Below, piece by piece: positions 9,750-18,288 of a DNA stretch of 54,511 nt. The stretch is from the IMG/VR virus record IMGVR_UViG_3300020421_000004. One strand, 5' to 3'. Both the position numbers and the translations under genes were made by a program. The stretch is from an uncultured virus (IMG/VR IMGVR_UViG_3300020421_000004) (lineage: Duplodnaviria; Heunggongvirae; Uroviricota; Caudoviricetes). Each line of letters opens with the position of its first letter. Position 1 is the first letter of the stretch. The notes beneath the pieces are model-generated. The model was not told the origin of the DNA, did no database searches, and saw only the letters and a program-made list of their open reading frames with translations.

Positions 9750-10127
9750 TCATGTTAAATAATCGATACTTCCACCTAGTGTCAAACCGACTGTACCACC
9801 GACTAGGCCAGCGGATATAAGTGATTTGTTTGACATACCGCGTGTACTTGGGTATGCTTTGAGTGCGCCCATTGTAAGCCCTGTTGCTATAACAGGTGCT
9901 ACAACCGTATAATTTTCAATTCTCTGATCTCTCGCAGCGTTAACTAACATACCCATTCCGCCACCAACTAATGCACCTACGCCGGCACCTAATAGTAAAG
10001 AAGAAATACTCATGTTAGAACCGTCTAAGTATTCGACAACAAGAAAGCCTGTGCTACCAAAAAATGCACCAGTGACTGCAAATGGCCCAGCCGCTTTCAA
10101 TTGTTTTTTTGCAGACTCCCAATTCAT
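9750..10127 (-). CDS. Gly-rich multi-TM membrane protein
   Basis: About four Gly-zipper hydrophobic helices; GAGGA SD. Confidence 0.7.
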   Translation of the reverse strand: MNWESAKKQLKAAGPFAVTGAFFGSTGFLVVEYLDGSNMSISSLLLGAGVGALVGGGMGMLVNAARDQRIENYTVVAPVIATGLTMGALKAYPSTRGMSNKSLISAGLVGGTVGLTLGGSIDYLT

Positions 10128-10137
10128 CTTGTCGTCC

Positions 10138-10542
10138 TCAAAGTGTATGTCTCATGCCTGCAAAAATAAGTGGCTCATATCCATGTCTAATAGATGCACT
10201 TTGAACAACAGGTCTCTTGCCTCTTTCTGCTAAAGTCTTTTCTAGTTCAGGATCCATCATAAGTGGTTGAGTGTGATAGTCCGCATCGTAGCGTACTTGT
10301 GGTCCAGATGGAGAGGGCATTACTGTGTCCCATCTTCCTGTTCCTGGTGCTGCGCTTCCGGTGTGTCCGGTTTTGCGGAAAAAAGTATCCATATCGCTTC
10401 CACCAGTCTTGAACTTTGCTTGTCCTAGGCCGTTCATCTGCCCTACATTTTCGAAAGCATACATTATTCCAACCGTACCTAATGCTAACACTGCAAGCGG
10501 GTAGTCGTCTGCGAATTTCATGACTTTCTTTGCTAGTTTCAT
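10138..10542 (-). CDS. Membrane-anchored protein with MNGLG motif
   Basis: MKLAKKVMKFADDYP + TM, followed directly by QMNGLGQ. Confidence 0.7.
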   Translation of the reverse strand: MKLAKKVMKFADDYPLAVLALGTVGIMYAFENVGQMNGLGQAKFKTGGSDMDTFFRKTGHTGSAAPGTGRWDTVMPSPSGPQVRYDADYHTQPLMMDPELEKTLAERGKRPVVQSASIRHGYEPLIFAGMRHTL

Positions 10543-10544
10543 AT

Positions 10545-12146
10545 TTAACTCTCCGAACCAATAACTGTTTGTCTCTTAATGAACAATCCTTTTACGTTTA
10601 TTTTAGGATTGCTGTCTGCGTTAGTGGTAACTATACCAAAGGATATTGTTTCATCACTAGAGTCCGATGATTTACTGAACACTGATGCTGCCGCTCTCAA
10701 GCCTGGAGATACTTGGAAACAATGTGCCCCCGTTGAGTCTCCGTAGTTAGCAGTTGTCTCACTTGTCCATCCATCATCACCTGTATCGCCTGAACGATTG
10801 TATCGGAAAATGTTTTGCACAACTCCTGGGAAGTAAACTGTTCCCTTATTTCTAAAGTATATTCTATCTCCGATCTTTGGGATAGTTGTTGACTTCTTTC
10901 TAAGATTCTCATTGTTATCGACAGCCACAATATTGTTAGCAGTTAATGTAATTAAAGTTGCAGTAATTGCTTCAACAATTCCTACCTTCTGTCCTGTGTT
11001 ATCTAAGACCACATCACCTACGTCGAAATGTTCGAGAGCAGAGGCACCGTCTACTGTCAATGTTAATTGGGCATCTGCGTCTATGTTAGATTCGTTAAGT
11101 AAAACACCCGTTGCCGAATCGAAATTAAGCGTTGAAACTTCTGTGACATCTTTTGATGTGTCTTTGTAGATGAACACGTTCTGATGCGATGGTGCGGTTG
11201 GTGTTCCTGGGAAATTGCCTGAACCGCCTAGTGCTGGGCCCGCTACTGCGTTAGCATCTGCTCCAGCCGTAGCAACTGTTGCGAACTCTATTGTTCCTTG
11301 TGCTGCATCGAACTCTGCATTCAATGCGAATACTGGTTTACCTGCTTGACCTTGATATGGATGACCTGTGCCGACTAAGTGACTGTTTGAATCGAAAACT
11401 GCTTGATTGTATGTATCGTCGACCGAGTAAATAGTAGAGCCTATTGGTTTTGCCATTGCCGAACCGATTGTATCTAAGTTTGCTTCTTTGAGTCCAGTGT
11501 GTGAGAAAGAACCACCTCCCATGAAATCTGTTTTCATTGGTGTAGGGATACCACCTCTACTTGTGTAATTCAAACTGTGTCCAAATACATCTCTAGATGG
11601 TTTGATTCTGTTAGAGACCATTATTCTTAGTTGTTCAGTATAAGGTTCTGGCTTTGTTGGTGTGTAAAGCATAGTAAAGGTTCCATCTGTTGCTATACTC
11701 TTAACATAGAATTGTCCATCTACTCTAGCAGTTCTATTATTCAATAATAACTCCGCTGGAGTTTCTCCTATACCATCTGTAGTATTCTTATATCCATCTA
11801 TCTCTAGGTATACTGCCCCATAGGGATTATCTACTACTACTTCTAGTCCATGAAGGAGACCCGCGCCTTTCTTAGCAAGTATTTCTAATGTTTCTCCACT
11901 GTCTATATTCAAGTTTCTAAACTTGTCAGTTCTCAACTCTATTTCTGCTGTATTGGCATTTCCGCCTGCACCATAGTTAAAGATGTTCGATGCTACATTT
12001 TGTAAAATTTGTGCATTCTTATTCCTTCTTTCGTCGCGCTGTTGTTGACCACCGGTTGAACCAGTACGCTGAACTTCACGTCTAAGACCGTGAGCCGAAA
12101 TTATAGACGGCTTCAGTGCTTCTCTGTCGTAATCAAATAATGCCAT
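10545..12146 (-). CDS. Putative minor capsid/vertex protein (533 aa)
   Basis: Beta-strand-rich (GLLHGLEVVVDNPYGAVYLEIDG...MLYTPTKPEPYTEQLRIMVSN); lies in structural block; fold inferred only. Confidence 0.5.
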   Translation of the reverse strand: MALFDYDREALKPSIISAHGLRREVQRTGSTGGQQQRDERRNKNAQILQNVASNIFNYGAGGNANTAEIELRTDKFRNLNIDSGETLEILAKKGAGLLHGLEVVVDNPYGAVYLEIDGYKNTTDGIGETPAELLLNNRTARVDGQFYVKSIATDGTFTMLYTPTKPEPYTEQLRIMVSNRIKPSRDVFGHSLNYTSRGGIPTPMKTDFMGGGSFSHTGLKEANLDTIGSAMAKPIGSTIYSVDDTYNQAVFDSNSHLVGTGHPYQGQAGKPVFALNAEFDAAQGTIEFATVATAGADANAVAGPALGGSGNFPGTPTAPSHQNVFIYKDTSKDVTEVSTLNFDSATGVLLNESNIDADAQLTLTVDGASALEHFDVGDVVLDNTGQKVGIVEAITATLITLTANNIVAVDNNENLRKKSTTIPKIGDRIYFRNKGTVYFPGVVQNIFRYNRSGDTGDDGWTSETTANYGDSTGAHCFQVSPGLRAAASVFSKSSDSSDETISFGIVTTNADSNPKINVKGLFIKRQTVIGSES

Positions 12147-12168
12147 TTACTTTATCCCACCGTCTTAA

Positions 12169-13152
12169 TTACATAGCGAGGTAATCGCTAAGGAATCCAG
12201 ACGACTGGTAAGTAACTGGGTTGTAGTACATGAATCGAAGTCTGCCACCAGCCTTTGCCTTTAATGTAGCAAGTTGCTCTTGTGACAGTTCTAAGATTTT
12301 GTATTTCCATCCAACCAATCTTACGCGACCGTCTAGAATGTACTCATCAGAATCGTTTACCACACGGAATGCAGGTAATGATGCTTCACCGTGTTCTACA
12401 ATCATACCGAAAGACCAGTTTGGATTTGCTAGAGGAGACATTTCTCCATCTAGGAAACCAGAGATACCTTCTAGAGTCGTTTCGCTTGCAGTTGCTCTTG
12501 CAGACTCACCGTCACTTGCTTCATCTAAAGTATGCTTGGCCACACCGCTAGGCTGTTTTAAGTATAATTTTGCAGATACGCTACCGATTTGTAATAGATG
12601 TTCTGCAGTTCCGTCACCCTTGAAACCAATCGGAAGTCCACCGTTTGATGTGTCATATGGCGGATAAGCATTCTTGGAGTGCCAATCACCAGCCTCTGAA
12701 TCCATATACTTTGGTTGTAGAGGTAGAGTTGGACATAGATGATACAAGTTACCTGCATATGGCTCAAGCGCCTTGAAGGTAATGAAACCGGAATCGTAGT
12801 CAGGTGCAAGAATGTTACCAGTCTTGTCTGTTTCTGCGACAGTTGTTGTTCCTAAGTCGTAGTAAGCACTGATTGAAGCAAGTCCGTATTGTTCTAGTGC
12901 CTCACCATGTGTTCCGTCAAAGTCGGTCGCTACATTGCTTGTTACCGCAGTGATTCCCACATTCACAGTATCTGTAAAGAACAGGTCAACGCTCATTGCT
13001 TCTACACCTGTTACTAATGCATACGTATCACGTATTCTGAGTAAATAACCAGGCTTCAACGCTATGTCTTCGCCTGTGTAATTTTCATAACTCACGTTCG
13101 CTAGTCGCCCGAAGGCGTTTCCACTTCTATATCCTTGATTTAGGTTTGCCAT
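12169..13152 (-). CDS. Putative capsid/penton-like structural protein (327 aa)
   Basis: Own TATA promoter and GTGGTG SD; beta-rich; C-terminal GRVRLVGWKYKIL; jelly-roll inferred, not shown. Confidence 0.45.
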   Translation of the reverse strand: MANLNQGYRSGNAFGRLANVSYENYTGEDIALKPGYLLRIRDTYALVTGVEAMSVDLFFTDTVNVGITAVTSNVATDFDGTHGEALEQYGLASISAYYDLGTTTVAETDKTGNILAPDYDSGFITFKALEPYAGNLYHLCPTLPLQPKYMDSEAGDWHSKNAYPPYDTSNGGLPIGFKGDGTAEHLLQIGSVSAKLYLKQPSGVAKHTLDEASDGESARATASETTLEGISGFLDGEMSPLANPNWSFGMIVEHGEASLPAFRVVNDSDEYILDGRVRLVGWKYKILELSQEQLATLKAKAGGRLRFMYYNPVTYQSSGFLSDYLAM

Positions 13153-13189
13153 TTACACCACTTCTTTGTCTGGTTGGTCTGGGACCAGT

Positions 13190-13216
13190 CTGTCCGAGCC
13201 AGTGCTTGATTATAAG
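13190..13216 (-). promoter_or_regulatory. Promoter CTTATA-N13-TCGGACAG for the 13152 operon
   Basis: Same motif and spacing as 16530..16556. Confidence 0.55.
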
Positions 13217-13224
13217 TCAGTCGA

Positions 13225-13353
13225 TTAACACCATGTTGTTTCTAACTCTAATTCACACGTAGCGCAGAAGTCTACGGGCTTTTCGTATAGGTCTTTTACG
13301 ACGACGTGTTCTAGTTCTAGTATAGGCAGTTTGCAATTGTAGCAACATAACAT
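13225..13353 (-). CDS. Small Zn-finger protein, 42 aa (absent from ORF track)
   Basis: MLCCYNCKLPILELEHVVVKDLYEKPVDFCATCELELETTWC*; two CxxC; CTTATAA box about 25 nt upstream. Confidence 0.6.
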   Translation of the reverse strand: MLCCYNCKLPILELEHVVVKDLYEKPVDFCATCELELETTWC

Positions 13354-13412
13354 AATCTATAACAAAAACCCCACCATTATAAGATACGCTATATTTTTGA
13401 TTTTAAAATAGG

Positions 13413-13447
13413 AAAAAGGCGCTGACCCCACAATTGGGGCCAACGCC
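13413..13447 (-). terminator. Stem-loop plus U-tract terminator after the 14972-13469 operon
   Basis: GGCGTTGGCCCCA-ATTG-TGGGGTCAGCGCC followed by TTTTT on the minus strand. Confidence 0.7.
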
Positions 13448-13468
13448 GTTTGTTGAGAGTTTTAAGTC

Positions 13469-14326
13469 TCAGACTACTTTAGCAAACGATGTCATGCTAA
13501 TAATACCAGCATCGCCGGTAATAGCCGCAGCCATATCGCCAAAGGTAGTCGAAGCCGTAAATGCGTCCACAGTTGCAGCAGCAGCACCAGTTGCAATTCC
13601 AGGTCCATCTTCTAACTGCTGAAGAGCAGTAGTCAGGTTGACCGTAAACGGTCCCTTGTGCATACCAGTGTATTTGCTTTCAGCGTTCAGGTTTCCACCT
13701 GTTGTCGCCATTGCGTTATCATATACGTCTTTAAAAGCCAAGCCTTGAATTGCTTGCGGGAATAATCCTGCCATAGCATTCGGGTCATCTGCATCTGAGC
13801 CACCAGTATCGTTATTGAAAACTCCCACGTTTGCTTGATCAGCAGCGGTGTCGTCTAGGGCAAATGCAGAAAGGCTTAGAACAGATTCGAGAGCCAGGTT
13901 ACCATGTATGTTATCATACGTGTGCAGTGTGTGTGCTTCACCTTCAGCAGCGTGTGCTGCTGTAGTGTCTGCGAACGCACTGTTAACTGCTAGAGGAACT
14001 TGCTGGATATCCCTAAGGATTCCATTAACTTCCAAAGCAGTGGTGTCGGCTGTACCATCGCCGGAGTTATCCTGATTAAACAGACCATTAGCAACAGCAG
14101 CAGTCGTATAACCGCTACCATCTAAATCTGCTACTTCATAGATATACAAGAAGTCAGGCTCAATCACAGTGCCCTTCAGTCCTTCCTTATATGTATTAAG
14201 GATGAATTTAGGGACAGTTGTGGCGTTTGCCAGACCTGTACTTGCAAGAGCGAGGCACATGACGTTCGTACGAACGACTTGCATCCTAGCACCGAAAGCG
14301 ACGTCTAATCCACCTATTGATGTCAT
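13469..14326 (-). CDS. Putative abundant virion protein (285 aa, A/D/G/T-rich)
   Basis: SD GGAGTGA; co-transcribed with candidate capsid gene; followed by strong terminator. Confidence 0.55.
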   Translation of the reverse strand: MTSIGGLDVAFGARMQVVRTNVMCLALASTGLANATTVPKFILNTYKEGLKGTVIEPDFLYIYEVADLDGSGYTTAAVANGLFNQDNSGDGTADTTALEVNGILRDIQQVPLAVNSAFADTTAAHAAEGEAHTLHTYDNIHGNLALESVLSLSAFALDDTAADQANVGVFNNDTGGSDADDPNAMAGLFPQAIQGLAFKDVYDNAMATTGGNLNAESKYTGMHKGPFTVNLTTALQQLEDGPGIATGAAAATVDAFTASTTFGDMAAAITGDAGIISMTSFAKVV

Positions 14327-14357
14327 ATTTGTTCACTCCAATGCCAATCCAAAAGGA

Positions 14358-14972
14358 TTAACTCAATTCTCCAATGTTCTGTGTGAGTTGGATCAATTCG
14401 TGGTGTTGTCCCACAACAGATCCAATTACACGCCACTTTTCTGCGCCACTTATTGTAGAGTTACCGAAATTAGCAGCCCCTCCAACCACACGGTGGTTGC
14501 AGACGATGTTCTTCTCAGGTTCAATAACAATAGGTGATTCATACCACACGAAAGGTTCCTCAAGTACTTCGAAGATTTGCTGATCGATCACAGGTGTTTC
14601 GATCCCGGAAATTTGCCATTGATGTTCTGTTATCAAAAGCGGTGTTACCGGATATTGTATACCCATGGTCAAGTAGAAAAATTCTTCTAGTGACTTGAAG
14701 TTCAAGGTCTTAGATGACCAACCAAAGGAGTCTACAGATGCAGAGGACGGGTTTCCGGATGAACCGGATGATGGGATTAACCATTGCCCGTAAGTTCCTA
14801 ATATACTGAATTGATCAGCACGTAGGATTCCCTTACCGTAGTCGCCTTTCGGCCAGACACCCTGAGATCCTCGACCCCAGTGTGGAAAGTTGCTTGCAAT
14901 TTTTTGCTCAATAAGGCTTAAATAATTCTTAATTTGACCGGTAGGCCGGTCGTAATAAGGTCTTAGTTCCAT
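14358..14972 (-). CDS. Candidate single jelly-roll major capsid protein (204 aa)
   Basis: Size; alternating beta pattern (FYLTMGIQYP, WYESPIVIEPEKNIVC, WRVIGSVVG); own promoter (CCTTATA about 15066-15072) with SD GGAAGTGA; near ATPase. Fold inferred. Confidence 0.45.
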   Translation of the reverse strand: MELRPYYDRPTGQIKNYLSLIEQKIASNFPHWGRGSQGVWPKGDYGKGILRADQFSILGTYGQWLIPSSGSSGNPSSASVDSFGWSSKTLNFKSLEEFFYLTMGIQYPVTPLLITEHQWQISGIETPVIDQQIFEVLEEPFVWYESPIVIEPEKNIVCNHRVVGGAANFGNSTISGAEKWRVIGSVVGQHHELIQLTQNIGELS

Positions 14973-15148
14973 ATTTTTTTCACTTCCATTTTGTTTAATT
15001 CGTTAGTAGTTCACTGTCACTACGCTGTCGACGTTCGAGTTATTACGAGCCACCGACCACTTAGGTATAAGGAGTTTGATTACTTTGTATTCGTTTGTCA
15101 TACAAAATACTACAACAAGGTTATTACTGAATGTATGCTGGATAATGT

Positions 15149-15379
15149 GTGGGCAATAAGACTAGTGCATCAAAAGTAGTCACTCTAAGGTTTACTCAAG
15201 CAGAGTATCAAGAAATACTACGAGAGGCAAACCGAACCAAGATAACAGTGTCTGCATATATTCGTTCGTGTGCACTGATGCGATTGGCAGGTGACTTAGT
15301 TGAAAAGAAGATTACAGAAGATGAGTATGTTAGAAGAAACATAACTATGAAGACTCTCGATGAGAGAGGGACTTTTTAA
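15149..15379 (+). CDS. Ribbon-helix-helix (CopG/MobC-like) DNA-binding protein
   Basis: KVVTLRFTQAEYQEILREANRTKITVSAYIR is a classic RHH pattern. Confidence 0.75.
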   Translation: MGNKTSASKVVTLRFTQAEYQEILREANRTKITVSAYIRSCALMRLAGDLVEKKITEDEYVRRNITMKTLDERGTF

Positions 15380-15397
15380 TTTTATATTAGTACACCG

Positions 15398-15422
15398 CTG
15401 GGAGGTCGCGATGACCCCCCAG
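15398..15422. terminator. GC-rich hairpin between convergent genes
   Basis: 10-bp inverted repeat CTGGGAGGTC/GACCCCCCAG (fully paired with one G-U on the minus strand), 5-nt loop. Confidence 0.5.
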
Positions 15423-15460
15423 GATGCTTTCGTAAAGACTCCCAATTATTTTTTACGTAA

Positions 15461-16519
15461 TCAGAATATATTAGCGCGAACGCCGAATAACTGTTGAGAC
15501 TGAGGTGCTGGAAGCATTTCTGCTCCTACACCCATTCCAGTGTCGTGGTAGTTACCGATGTATCCGTATGAAGCACCACCTAGACCAGCGAGACCGCCAG
15601 CACTTGGTAGGCTAGAGACTAAGTTACCACCAACAGGTAGTGACATAGTCTGTAATGCGCCAACAGTTACAAGACCTAAAGCGATCATGTTTGCTGTTAA
15701 TGCTTCACTAGCACTAATGACTCCTAAACCAGTCATTCCGTATGATACAGCAGCGGTTAGACCAACAGCAAGTGCTGCCTTTCCAACGTTTGTTGTCATA
15801 CCAGGTACCATGTCCACGTAGGACATTGCTTTCATACCAACAGAAGTTGATGCGAGGTAACCTGCCATTGAAGGTAGAGATAGACCAAGAACTACAACAC
15901 CTAATCCGCGCAGATCCATATGGTTCTTTACGAAGGATGTGTATCCCTTGAAACTCATCTTCTTTGATGACTTTCGGCTTCGGCGAACACGAGATGTGCT
16001 CTTTCTTCTTGCAGTCTTTCTACGTGCAGTTTTCCTTCGAGTAGTTTTTCTTCTCTTAGGTGCAGCACGTCTCTTTACTCTACGCCTTCTTGTAGTAGTC
16101 TTTCTCCTTGGAGAAGACTTCCTTCTTGTAGTCTTTTTCCTACGAGTAGTTCGGCGTCTCTTTGGAGCAGCCTTCCTTCTTGTAGTCTTCCTTCTACGTG
16201 TAGTCTTTCTTCTCTTAGGAGCAGCCTTTCTACGTGCAGTCTTTCGACGTGCAGTCTTTCGACGTGTAGTCTTCCTTCTCTTAGGAGCAGCCTTTCTACG
16301 GGTTACTTTTCGGCGGCGAGTAGTTCTTTTGCGCTTCGGTGAAGCGCGTCGACGAGTTGTGGTCTTCCTTCTGGTTGACTTAACTCTTTTTGCAGATTTT
16401 CTTCTTGCCATTTTATTCATTCCTTTGTTTTTCGAACGCACACTCTTCTTCCTCTTTGAGGACTTGCGCTTTGCTGCCGGTCTTCGCGGATTAAGTATAA
16501 CTACTTCGGCTAAAGGCAT
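15461..16519 (-). CDS. Protamine/histone-H1-like genome-condensing protein with C-terminal membrane anchor
   Basis: Likely start ATG 16519 (MPLAEVVILNP) downstream of a TATA box, rather than 16585; about 170 aa of K/R/T/A repeats (RRKAAPKRRKTT), then 3-4 hydrophobic helices and GGLAGLGG. Confidence 0.8.
   Translation of the reverse strand: MPLAEVVILNPRRPAAKRKSSKRKKSVRSKNKGMNKMARRKSAKRVKSTRRKTTTRRRASPKRKRTTRRRKVTRRKAAPKRRKTTRRKTARRKTARRKAAPKRRKTTRRRKTTRRKAAPKRRRTTRRKKTTRRKSSPRRKTTTRRRRVKRRAAPKRRKTTRRKTARRKTARRKSTSRVRRSRKSSKKMSFKGYTSFVKNHMDLRGLGVVVLGLSLPSMAGYLASTSVGMKAMSYVDMVPGMTTNVGKAALAVGLTAAVSYGMTGLGVISASEALTANMIALGLVTVGALQTMSLPVGGNLVSSLPSAGGLAGLGGASYGYIGNYHDTGMGVGAEMLPAPQSQQLFGVRANIF
15990..16350 (-). 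repeat. Imperfect coding tandem repeats (RRK[T/A][T/A], AAPKRRKTT)
   Basis: Repeated units such as CTTTCGACGTGCAGT and TCTTAGGAGCAGCCTTTCTACG. Confidence 0.8.
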
Positions 16520-16529
16520 GCGATCTAAC

Positions 16530-16556
16530 CTGTCCGACAGCAGGGTAGGATATAAG
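16530..16556 (-). promoter_or_regulatory. Promoter CTTATA-N13-TCGGACAG for the basic core protein
   Basis: Same motif and spacing as 13190..13216; also contains ACCCTG. Confidence 0.55.
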
Positions 16557-16658
16557 GAGCGTGTATTGGTATATGTTCGTGTCATACATCTATAGATTAC
16601 GATGCTGTATTATAACCGCTTCAAAAACTGTGATAAGTATGTGTAGGTTGGGAAAGGT

Positions 16659-16868
16659 GTGTCTCGACGGCAGACTGAAAGAGATTTCAGTCGAAAGGTT
16701 CCTGTTTCTTTTACTATGAACAAAGAACTCTATGATATGGTTGACGATATGATTGACCAAAAGATATTCAAAGATAGGTCTCACGCTATCAACGCTGCTG
16801 TTGATTTCTTGCGATGGACTATCAAGCACGAGCCTATGAAGTTTTACGCTCCTCGTAATCCAAAATAA
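16659..16868 (+). CDS. Ribbon-helix-helix (CopG/NikR-like) regulator
   Basis: KVPVSFTMNKELYDMVDDMIDQKIFKDRSHAINAAV. Confidence 0.8.
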   Translation: MSRRQTERDFSRKVPVSFTMNKELYDMVDDMIDQKIFKDRSHAINAAVDFLRWTIKHEPMKFYAPRNPK

Positions 16869-17370
16869 TATCTGTTATACTTTCTGTTATACTAGGGTAT
16901 AGTGTACTACTATCTACATTAACATATATTACTATACTAGGTATTTGATAAACAAACTCACTTAATGCGCTAGAATAGTGTCCAATGGGTAATATTACGT
17001 TGGTTTCGTAAGATGCTTTAGAACCAATAATGTTTTCAAAATCATTTAGCAATTCATCATCGGTATAGCCAACTAACTTACCAAAGACAATATCAGATGT
17101 AGACCACGCTTCGTGTGTATCAAAATCATATGCGTGTAATTCGATATGTAAATCGCTTACAGTAAGTGCTGCTGAGAGTTCTTGATTGTAAGTTGTACCT
17201 CTGGCTTCTGATGTTGCTAAGTTCAACATTGTTTTTAGAGAAGTACCTTTGACACTATAGTAAGCCATGTTCTTTGCATCTAAAAAAGATTCTAGTTGGT
17301 CGACGAATTGTTTGATATTAGGGTCATCAACTGATTCTTTGAAATGAGGTGCGCTAATCGTAATGGCCAT
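16834..17370 (-). CDS. Putative Zn-dependent amidohydrolase-fold protein (N-formylglutamate amidohydrolase-like)
   Basis: ISAPH...LNLATSEARGTTYNQEL...HIELHAY resembles the PH..DxNR..xDxHS layout of that family; divergent. Confidence 0.4.
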   Translation of the reverse strand: MAITISAPHFKESVDDPNIKQFVDQLESFLDAKNMAYYSVKGTSLKTMLNLATSEARGTTYNQELSAALTVSDLHIELHAYDFDTHEAWSTSDIVFGKLVGYTDDELLNDFENIIGSKASYETNVILPIGHYSSALSEFVYQIPSIVIYVNVDSSTLYPSITESITDIILDYEERKTS

Positions 17371-17410
17371 CTAAGCCTCCTGAGGGGCTGGTTCTTATTA
17401 TGCCTTTCAA

Positions 17411-18115
17411 TTAAAACCGACTTAGGTTAAGTGATTTGGTCTTATCAACCAAAGGAACAGGTTCGTGTTTCTTCCACTTGCCCCCGCCTTGTGTATAATA
17501 GAACCAATATTTATTCATTGGGTCGGTAAAGAAATCTAATTGCTCAACATAGTGTTCTAAGTTCCTACTTCTAAGATACTCTGGTCTATCTTCTATTCTG
17601 AAAATTACTTTATTGTCTGATTGTGACCATGCAGTTTCGTTAAGTAATTGGATTCTTTGTGTCAATGCCATACCTACGATTCCAACACCTGCACCAATTG
17701 TCCAAATCATTTCCACTGCACGAGAGTTGCCTTTCTTAACGAATAACTGTATTTCGTCAATTGCAATAACACGTCGGATTCTTTTGAATCCTGCTGTTCT
17801 TTGTAATGTAAACATTAACTCTACTACTCTATCTAATGCTTCTATTCTTTCTTCCGATGTTCCAGGTGTTCTAAAAATAATTGCTGGGTTCTTTAGCAAT
17901 AGTTGTTCGTAAACTTCTATTGGTGTATGACAAATTGTTCCAAGATGTGAATATCCATCATCGTGCTTTGGGTCGATAAATAAAGTGTGACCACCTGTTT
18001 CTTGTATTCGTTGTAAGACCTTTGCAGCCAGAAAAGTCTTTCCACTTCTAGTAATACCTAATACAACACCGTGCCTGTGTTTGAATGATTCAATGAACCT
18101 TCCTGTCAGACGCAT
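17411..18115 (-). CDS. FtsK/HerA (A32-like) genome packaging ATPase
   Basis: Walker A GITRSGKT, FIDPK, Walker B IAIDEIQ, LTQR; 234 aa stand-alone; located between structural blocks. Confidence 0.8.
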   Translation of the reverse strand: MRLTGRFIESFKHRHGVVLGITRSGKTFLAAKVLQRIQETGGHTLFIDPKHDDGYSHLGTICHTPIEVYEQLLLKNPAIIFRTPGTSEERIEALDRVVELMFTLQRTAGFKRIRRVIAIDEIQLFVKKGNSRAVEMIWTIGAGVGIVGMALTQRIQLLNETAWSQSDNKVIFRIEDRPEYLRSRNLEHYVEQLDFFTDPMNKYWFYYTQGGGKWKKHEPVPLVDKTKSLNLSRF

Positions 18116-18288
18116 ATATGTATCAATGATTACCTAATTGATTTTAACTTGTTGTTGTAATTTACTCGTCAAATGCCGATTTCATGAAGTCTTTGAAGAA
18201 CTTGCACTCGCCATTATGGTGTCGTCTATCTGCTGTTGTTTTTGTCATGGTGTAAAAACTACACCGCCTCTATATCATTGTTTTGACC

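Noticed and set aside
15461..16585. True histone-fold or H1 globular domain
   Set aside because: Only low-complexity basic repeats; no fold motif recognised.
15939..16595. 218-aa hydrophobic plus-strand ORF (LLVVFFLR repeats)
   Set aside because: Antisense shadow of the K/R-rich repeat gene.
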